DNA from: Salpingoeca rosetta | Lineage: Eukaryota > Protista > Choanoflagellata | Assembly: GCA_033442325.1 (NCBI GenBank) | Contig: JAWQFM010000008.1 | Location: forward strand, 1,974,610 to 2,003,711 | Length of the DNA: 29,102 nucleotides | Direction: 5' to 3' | Shown: positions 1-13,100 of the stretch, piece by piece | How positions within the stretch are numbered: position 1 is the stretch's first letter | Layout of the letters: each line of letters begins with the position of its first letter | Notes under the pieces: model-generated | Seen by the model: the letters and a program-made list of their open reading frames with translations, nothing else | Told to the model about the DNA's origin: nothing | Databases searched by the model: none | Translations under genes and position numbers: made by a program

Positions 1-1178
1 CCAGTACGAGGAGAGCCCATGATCAGGGTGAATCCAGTCGAAGTCGAGTAGTCGTGGAGGAGGAGTGGATTGAAGTCCTGATGGGCTGTCTTGGATGTGG
101 GAATGTGGGAATGGAAACGGGACGGCGTTCAGGGACTCAGGAAGCGATCAGAATCCGTTCAAGACTGACGTGGTGATGGATGACGGGCCTGCAAGGCACA
201 AGCAGAACAAGTTCAATCGTATTGAAGAATGGCAGGAGGGCACGCAAGACAATGTCATGTCACATCACACACAAGCAATGGCAACGGTGTGAGCGCAGAG
301 CGGGGTTGGTTGTGAAGAGGACGTGTCAGTCACGGCGTCAGATTACACCATTCTGAGCAGATCTTCTCACAATCAATCAATCTCGGGATGAAGAGAGAGT
401 ACGCTCGCTTGTTTGCTCTTGCTTGCAAGCACGAGCAAAACAGGGGCAAACAAAGGAACAGTGCTCGCAATAAGAGCATTGCCAATACCTCTCCTCTATT
501 CACACCTACACACCATCACAATACAACACAGGACGGCAAGCAACACACAAGGCACAAGAACGTACCACACGCGTGTCTGTGGGTGTGTGCTTGAAGGTTG
601 AGAGGAGGAATGAATGGCTGTGGGCCTGGCGGGTGTTTGGCTTGCTTCGAAAGGACAGCCTGTTCCGTTACCCATGCATCGAATCTTTGCAGAGGTCGGG
701 TTTATTTTTTTTTGAGTGAAAGAGGCGAAGGCAACAAGAAGAGCATGGGGAGTGCGAAAAAGAGGAAAAGAAGGAAGGGGGGGGGGGGACCCTGGCATGC
801 TGGCATGCTGGGGTGGAGAAGTGGGTGGTGTTGGCAGTGGCGGGCATTGGGGGATTGTGCGTGCACGCTCCCTCTTGGAAATAACAAAACACCCGAAAGA
901 AAATGGCACGCGTGCAGGCGCACCGTACACGAGGGAAAATGCGCACACGCTGAACACGTTCACAGACACGGAACAACAATCACAAAGCAAGCAGGCAGGC
1001 ACAGGAACACACACAAGAACAACAAGAAGAAGAACAGTCACAGGAACGATAAGATGAGCAATCACAAGAACAAGAAGACGAGCAATCACAAGAACAAGAG
1101 CAAAGAACATGATCATGAACGTTGACAGATGAGGCCCTAACAAGTACTTGGTGGCGAGGCTAGCACGACTGACAGCTG

Positions 1179-2012
1179 TTAGCCTTTGCTCGTCTTTGAT
1201 GTCAGCCACTCCAACCCTTCATAGAGCCCTTCCCCGGTGAGTCCGCAACACGACTGGATGTGCCAGCTGTGGTCCTTGATGGACGTCAGGTTGAACTCCT
1301 TGGAAATCTCCGCCGATGACATGGCGCCCTGCACATGAACGAGCGAGTTGGTGAATGTGCGTACGTTTGAGTGTGTGTGTGTGTGAGTGTGAGTAAGTGA
1401 GTGAGTGAGTGTGTGTGTGTGTGAGTGTGAGTGAGTGAGTGAGTGAGTGAGTGAGTGAGTGAGTGAGTGAGTGAGTGAGTGTGTGTGTGAGTGAGTGAGT
1501 GCATCGTGCACGCATGTGTTTGCAGCTGCGCCGTGTGTGCGGTGTGGCTGGGTTGCAATGGTGTGACATGGCAACCTAGCACATACACTGTGCCCCACCT
1601 TCAAATCCTGCTTGTTGGCGAACACGAGCACGTGTGCTCCTTGCAAATCCTACAGCGAGAAGCAAAACGCCGTGTGAGTACAATCAAACAAATGTGCAGA
1701 AAGCTGAAGCGTGGCCACAGTCACAAAAACCTGAGCTGGGATACACACGTCACTTTGTCACTTCATTCACGCACCTCATGCGCAAGCATACGGTACAGTT
1801 CCTCCTTTGCCAATGCCAGGCGTTCCCTGTCTGTGCTATCAATCACCAAGATCAGCGCCTAGTCGCAGCAACAGTACGAGTGAGAAGGGCGAGGGAGCAG
1901 CATGTGAGCACACAAACATTCCATATGACAAGCAAAGTGAACGGAGGAGTTGGTGGTGGGGGAGAATGGTAAGGCAGTCAATGCACGTCGTGTGGCACGG
2001 CATTGCGACGAC

Positions 2013-2092
<80 letters not shown>

Positions 2093-2466
2093 CACACAGC
2101 ACCTTTGCGCCGGTGTAGTAGGTGGTCCAGGACGCGCGCAGCGAATCTTGCCCGCCAATGTCCCACATCACAAAGTGCATGTTTTTGTATGTCACCTGAA
2201 ACCACGCAGAACAGCAAGCAGAGCAAAGGCCACGAGCATGAGCTTGTGAGCTCAGCCTGCAGGGCATTTCGTGCACGGGCATGTGCGCGCCATATGAGCG
2301 CTCGCACCCCATACTGCACTCTGAGATGGTTCATACCTCTTCAACATTGCTGCCAATGGTCGGTGAGGTCACCACAACTTCACTCAACAAACTGAATGTG
2401 CCAAGCAAGCAGAACGGCGCCATGCATGGGCGAGAGCGTGTGCGTCAATCACTTCGAGGACCGCGG

Positions 2467-2521
<55 letters not shown>

Positions 2522-2632
2522 ACAAGCACAAGCACAAGCACAAGCGCAACACGCATCTTCTCCGTCTTGTCTTTTGTTTTTTTCCGTCTACACACAGACA
2601 CACAGACACACAGACACACAGACACACACACA

Positions 2633-2668
<36 letters not shown>

Positions 2669-3067
2669 AGCTTATGTGCCACGTACTACTGGTAGAGGAT
2701 GGTCGTTTTGCCAGCGTTGTCCAAGCCAACAATGATGACCTTTTGCTCTGCAAGGCAAGCCATATGGAAACAAACATAGCAGGCATGCGTGCACGGACAC
2801 TCAACATGAGCACGGTGACGGTCATCATCGTCATCTGCATGAAGCACCTCCCACGCCGCACGTGTACCACTGCCACGACCTATGCTCGCACATTGATTCT
2901 TGTTTGCGCACGTGCCGGGTCAATATGCGCCACCATAACCGTAGCAGCGCCGCCGCAAACACAACGCCACCACAAGCGTGGGCCACATCAGCACATCGCA
3001 ACTAACCCCCACCATGCCCACCTTCTTTTCCCCAGAGGGAGTAGAGCGTCGACAGCAGTACACCCAT
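1179..3067 (-). CDS. ARL5: ADP-ribosylation factor-like small GTPase 5, 7 exons, 179 aa
   Basis: Exons 3067-3022, 2747-2687, 2391-2337, 2195-2103, 1858-1775, 1649-1599, 1328-1179, all GT-AG, total 540 nt. Protein: [36 protein letters not shown]...[11 protein letters not shown]...[13 protein letters not shown]...NKQD...[14 protein letters not shown]. Gly2, P-loop [14 protein letters not shown] and NKQD are present; PTIGSNVEE and TILYQ are ARL5-typical. Confidence 0.95.
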
Positions 3068-3465
3068 GAAGAAGCCTTTGGTACGAGCTGTTCGTCTGTA
3101 GTAAACGTAGGGCGTGCGTGCGTGCGTGCGAGCGAGCGAGTGCGTGATCCGCGTGGGCGTCTAATGTGTGTCGGTGTTCCGTGTCTGCCTGTGCACCCCT
3201 TGCTCGGTGTGGGAGACAAGATCGTGGTTTGTTGTGTGGTGTGTCGCGTTGGTTGTTGTTGTGAATCACAATTAATTTACCCACGGGTCCCAGCAGACGA
3301 GCTGAGGCAAATTCACGCTTACCACTAGAACGAGAGGGTGGTAAATTTCCTGCGTGAGCTTTCATGTATGTCTTGCACCAATCGTCCATATTGTGCCTTT
3401 TTTTCCCTTCCTCCCCCGCGTGCGACGAACCAGCTTCTCTCCTTCCTTCCCACCACACCAGCATC
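3068..3465. promoter_or_regulatory. Putative bidirectional promoter between ARL5 and RPL22, with pyrimidine tracts upstream of RPL22
   Basis: Divergent ATGs at 3067 (-) and 3466 (+). Microsatellite-poor spacer. Pyrimidine tracts at ~3396-3417 and ~3434-3451. Confidence 0.5.
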
Positions 3466-4301
3466 ATGCCTGCTGTAAGTGTGCATATGTGTGCGAGTGC
3501 GTGTGGGTGCATGTGTGTGTATGTGGGTGCGTGCGTGTGTGTGTGTGTGCGTGTATGTGTGTGTGTGTGTGTGTGTGTGCGTGTGTGTGTGTGTTTCAAT
3601 GAGTGTGCGCATACATGCGTTTGCGTGCGTTTGCGTGCGTTTGCGTGCGTGTGTGTGCGCGCTTTCCNNNNNNNNNNNNNNNNNNNNNNNNNNNNNNNNN
3701 NNNNNNNNNNNNNNNNNNNNNNNNNNNNNNNNNNNNNNNNNNNNNNNNNNNNNNNNNNNNNNNNNNNNNNNNNNNNNNNNNNNNNNNNNNNNNNNNNNNN
3801 NNNNNNNNNNNNNNNNNNNNNNNNNNNNNNNNNNNNNNNNNNNNNNNNNNNNNNNNNNNNNNNNNNNNNNNNNNNNNNNNNNNNNNNNNNNNNNNNNNNN
3901 NNNNNNNNNNNNNNNNNNNNNNNNNNGTGTGTATGTGTGTTTTGTTTATTTTCGACTGTGTGTGCGTGTGCGTGTGTGTGTGTGTGTTTATTTTCGACTG
4001 CGTGTGCGTGTGTTTCTCGTCGCACGCTTTCATGTCCTCGACTCTTGACTTTGTTTGTGCTCCCTCGCTCTTTATCAACTGTCCCCCTCACTCACTCTGC
4101 TTTGCTTCAACTGCACCTCACTCCGCCTCCTCAAACATACACAGCTACATCAAGTACCTGACGAAGAAGTTCCTGAAGAAGACCAAGGTCAACCAGGAGA
4201 TCAGCCTTCGCGAGTACCTGCGCGTCGTCGCCAGCAACCCCACCACATACGAGGTCCGCTACTTCAACGTCGAGGGCGCCGAGGAGGAGGAGGAGGACTA
4301 A
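3466..4301 (+). CDS. RPL22: 60S ribosomal protein L22 (eL22), middle exon(s) missing in assembly gap
   Basis: Last exon 4145-4301 encodes [12 protein letters not shown]...[31 protein letters not shown], the eL22 C-terminal signature with acidic tail. Likely first mini-exon is ATG CCT GCT|GTAAGT at 3466-3474. Its phase (0) does not match the last exon (2), so an exon must lie in the N gap. Confidence 0.9.
3668..3926. other. Assembly gap (259 N) flanked by TG-rich repeats
   Basis: Run of N in the sequence. Confidence 1.
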
Positions 4302-4680
4302 GCGCCTGCGCTTGGTTGTCTGCTTGACTCGTTGCTCGCTCTAGCTGTGCTGCCTTGCTTCTCTCTCCATCCCCTCTCAATCCCCCAGTGCTGTTTTGAG
4401 GCGGTGGCGATGGTGGAGACGAGATGGCGCACATGTGGAGTCATGGGGGTTTCTTTGTATTCTCGCTGGCACTCGTGACCGTTGTGCGTTCATGAGTTGC
4501 GACCGAGGAATAAACCACAAAGCAACCCTACCCACTTGTTCATTGTGTCATCTCACGTCGTGTCATTGCGAGCGGTTGAGGCTTTAAGAGAGAGGAGACG
4601 AGGAAGATGAATATCAAGTCGAAGTGTGTCAAGATGAGGGACCACAGGCAGCGTGATGTTGTGTTGACGATGGACAGCAG

Positions 4681-9111
<4,431 letters not shown>

Positions 9112-9610
9112 GCTGCTGCTTCCTTCTTGCCTTGCTTTGCTGCTGCTGCTGTTTGCACCTGTTTGCTGTGCTCGCTTCGCCTCTTGCCCTGATCTTGGGT
9201 GGTCGCGTGGTCGTCTCTTCTTTTGTGTGTCAGCCGAAGAATAAAAATTGTTTTCGCGCTCTGTGAATTTGACCAATCATTTCACACCATTTCCTTCAGC
9301 ACCCCATACGAACGCCACCCCTCCACCACGCACCCGTGTTTGTGTTTGTGTTTTTGATGAGCTGTTTGGCTTACGCCCCAAGCGACAAACAACTGTTGCC
9401 ACCTCCTTGGCGCCGTTATCTTCTTTTCCCTTCTTCTCCCCTCTCCTTGCTGCGTCTCTGAGACTGGATGACACAAACACAGTGTTGAAGTGAGCACCTC
9501 CTTCAGCGCCGAAGATTGTCAGCGTCCCCCTCTGTCCACGCACGCGCGCGTGCGACTCAAAGACGCCCATCCAGCAGCACATGCGGTGGCGCTCCTCGAG
9601 ACTCATCAGG
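9112..9610. promoter_or_regulatory. Putative bidirectional promoter between LSG1 and the Notch-like gene
   Basis: Divergent ATGs at 9111 (-) and 9611 (+). AT-richer core at ~9238-9295. No long microsatellite. Confidence 0.45.
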
Positions 9611-10030
9611 ATGTCGGCTCGCCACCTCGCAGCTGCGTTGGTTCTTGTCGCCGCTGTTCTGTGGAGCGCGGCGATAAGTTGCCAAGCCACCGAGGAAACC
9701 TGCAATGACCAATCGGTGCTGCTGCAGATTGAGGGCCTCTTCAATGAAATGGACTCCGACAACTCCACGACCATCGTGTCAGCAGAATACACGGCATATT
9801 GCGCCTCTGATATCAACGGCACTTGCCCCAACATCTCTTTGTGAGTGCAACTGTATCGCCTGCCTCCTGTCTGCCCTCGGCTTCCTTTAGTGCGCTCGTT
9901 GTTTGTGCGTTCATGTCTGTGCGTGCTTTGTTTGCACCTGTGCCATCATGCATCCTCTCTCTTGTTGATTCGTTTGAATCAGCGCGCACGCGCTTGGCAG
10001 CAGGGATGCATGCTTCATCCATTCGCTCGC

Positions 10031-10101
<71 letters not shown>

Positions 10102-13100
10102 TTTGTCACTTGCACCAGCTCACACGTCTCTGTTGTGGTGCACTTGCGCTCTACTCATCACCCACCACCCCAACACCGGTGTCTTCCATTGCAGGGCCTT
10201 TTCTTTTGACACCGACGGCAGCGCGTCGTTGGACCCGCACGAGTTCCGCACGCTGGTGTGCTCTCTGCTGTTGAATGGAACGGACATTGCTGCCAACGCA
10301 ACGACGACGTCGGCACCACCCACATCAGGCGCCCTCTCCACCACCGCCACGACCAGCACCTGCCCGTTTGGTGGCTGTGGCGTAGGAGTGTGCGAGGAAG
10401 GCCGGTGCGTGTGCCCGTCAACGCACACGGGCGACGCGTGCGAGTTTGAGCTGTGCGCGGACACCCCTGGCGACTGCATCAACGGTGGCGAGTGCATCCA
10501 GCACAGCTTCGGCGGCCAGCAGACCCAGGAGTGCCTGTGCCCTTCCAATGCGTGGGGTTGGACGTGCGAGTATGTGGAGTGCGACCAAGGCATGTACCGC
10601 AACACAAACACGGACACGTGCGAGAACATCACGGCGTGCGCGTACCCGGCGCAGTACGAGGCACAGCCAGCCACGCGCTCCACGGACGCCATCTGCCTGG
10701 CCGTGTCTCCCGCGTGCGACTTTCCAAACACATATGAGGCGCAGGCGCCGAGCGAAACGCAGGACCGCGCGTGCTATCCCGTCATGCCGTGCTTTCCAGG
10801 GCAGGTGGAGGTGCAGCCACCAACGCCAACCAGCAACCGCGTTTGCCAGTACACCACGACCACCACAAGTTCCACCACGATTGCGACAACGACAACAACC
10901 AGCAGCAGCAGCAGCAGCAGCACCACCACCACCACCACCTCAACCAACTCCACGTCCACAACAACAACAACAACAACAACAACAACCACAAGTTCCACCA
11001 CCAGCACCACCACCAGCAGTGCGAGCTCGACTGCGTCGTGTGCGGGCGTGACGTGCCTCAATGGCGGCCGCTGCCGTGCTGGCAGGTGCGTGTGTGCGTC
11101 TGGGTGGGTTGGGGCCGCGTGCGAAGCGTCGGCCAACACCGCTGTCGTCAATTCCCGCGGCAACATCACCGACCTTAACCGCATCTACCGCCTCTCAAAC
11201 CAGGAGGCAACGCTTATCAACCCCTGGCACGCCTGCGCCAACCAGACCTGCCGCACCGTGTTCGCTGACGGCGTGTGCGACCCCTCGTGCAACACCGCCG
11301 CGTGTGTGTTTGACGGCGACGACTGCGTGGCCATCGCCCCCATCTGCAAGCAGGTGGCGGCCGGCACATGCACGTTTGGTGGCGACGCGTGCAACCCGGC
11401 GTGCGCAACCTCCGAGTGCCTCTGGGACAACAACGGCTGCGGCACGTGGGATACAGGCGACAACAGCCTGGCTTACACACTGCGCCTGTTTCTGGACCTT
11501 GAGCTGTCTGTGTTCACAGGCCGCGTGCAGAGCACGTTTGCATATCGCCTCTCCCAACGGCTCGACGGGTTTGTCACCTTTGCCGCTGTTCGCCAAGCCG
11601 TCATGTTTGGTCCATCATCGTCGCCATCATCAGCAGCATCTGCCGCAGCATCGTCGTTGTCGTCGTCGCCGTCATTGCTGAGTGCCTCCTCCGCCATCGC
11701 CAACCGTCCATGGCGGGCGCGGCGCGAGGGCGATGTTGCGTCGCGTCCAGTGCTCCAAGTTGACGCCACCATCACCCCGCGCTGCAGCGTCAGGTGCATC
11801 ACCTCCTCGCAGGCCGCCGCAGGATATGTCAACGCCATTGTCGCCGCTGGGGCGTCCTCGTCTGATCTTGGTGTCCCCGTGCTCCGTGCACAGGCAACGA
11901 CATCGGGCAATGGCGGTGACGGTGGCAGTGGTGGCAGCGTGAGCGTGTCGCCTGCGGGCGCAGCCACCATCGCGGGTGTGTGTTTGCTTGCACTGGGTGT
12001 GCTGGTTGTGATTGGCGTTGTTGGCAAAGGAGCCAAGCGACGAGTGACGATTGAAGCCATTGAGCTGCATGAGGGTGGCGCACACACCAGCCCGCCACCG
12101 CCACCGCCACAAGTTGATGATGCTGCGGCGTGGAGCGATGGAGGACCGCTCCCGGCCAAGCGAGCACGCCACCACCACCACCAGCAGCAGTACGAAGACA
12201 GCCCGCAGTTCAGTGGCAGGATGGCGACGGCTGTGTCGTCATCGTCGTCGCGTCTGCTGGCGATGCGCGGAGATGACGACTTTGACCCCAACATGGACCA
12301 TGCTGCTTATCCCCGTTTTAAGAGCAGCACCAACACCAACAGCAGCGTCACGTCACCACAACACCAGCACCAGCACCACCAGCACCAACACCAGCAGCCC
12401 GAGTACCAGCCGCTGCCGCGGCGCCGCAGCTCTTCGGTGTCGTCGTCGTCGTCGGTGGCTGCTCTGATCCGCACGCTGAGTAGGAGCGCCAGCACCTCTG
12501 CAAAGGTCTGGCCCGCGCCCCAGCCACCAGCATACACCGAGCACGATCCACACCAGCAGCAGCAGCAACAACGCCAACAACAGCACCAACAGCACCTGCA
12601 ACAGCACCAACAAGACCAGCATCAGCATCATCAGCAGCACTTGGCCCGTGGTGATGACGCCCTGTTCTCGCATATGGGGGCGATTGGTGAGGAGCAGGAC
12701 GATGATGGCTGTGGTGGTGGTGAGACGGCGCTGGACGCGTTTATCAACTCACAGGCACAAGGAGAATGCAGCACAACCACGGGCACCACTCATCACAGCG
12801 ACAGCAGCATCCCTGGCACGACTGACACGTGGATGGGCAGCGAGCACGCCAGTATGGCGAACAGCCCTGCGGAGAGCGCGTGCACGGGGTCGAGTGTGCA
12901 CGGCAGCGCCATGGCCACCAACCCGCTGCTGCTGGACAACGACGCGCTGGACTTTGCAGTGTTCTCATCGGATGCTCATGCACTGATGCACAGCGACCAC
13001 CAGCACGGCGCTTACGACGACGCACACAACGTCCGCTTTGATCGCCATCACCATAAGCCGCGGCCCGTGCTCTCGCCCATTGTTGGCGACGTTGATCTTG

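Noticed and set aside
1-390. Repeat-free stretch with an acceptor-like CTTGCAG (-, ~189), considered as an exon or LTR/PBS fragment
   Set aside because: All three minus frames stop shortly after the acceptor. No recognisable protein motif, paired LTR or convincing tRNA primer site. Truncated by the window edge.
496-1209. 237-aa hydrophobic minus ORF and overlapping plus ORFs
   Set aside because: Produced by AAG/AAC-rich repeats downstream of the ARL5 stop. No domain signature.
9845-10194. First ~117 aa of the 1789-aa ORF (CVCVCV run)
   Set aside because: Intronic: GTGAGT donor at 9841, TG tract, GCAG acceptor at 10194. The real N-terminus is the signal-peptide exon at 9611.
10361-11125. Link between the nearby SLC35-type transporter and O-fucosylation of the Notch-like EGFs
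   Set aside because: None of the three EGFs has the C2-X4-(S/T)-C3 consensus (CINGGEC, CLNGGRC, CGVGVC).
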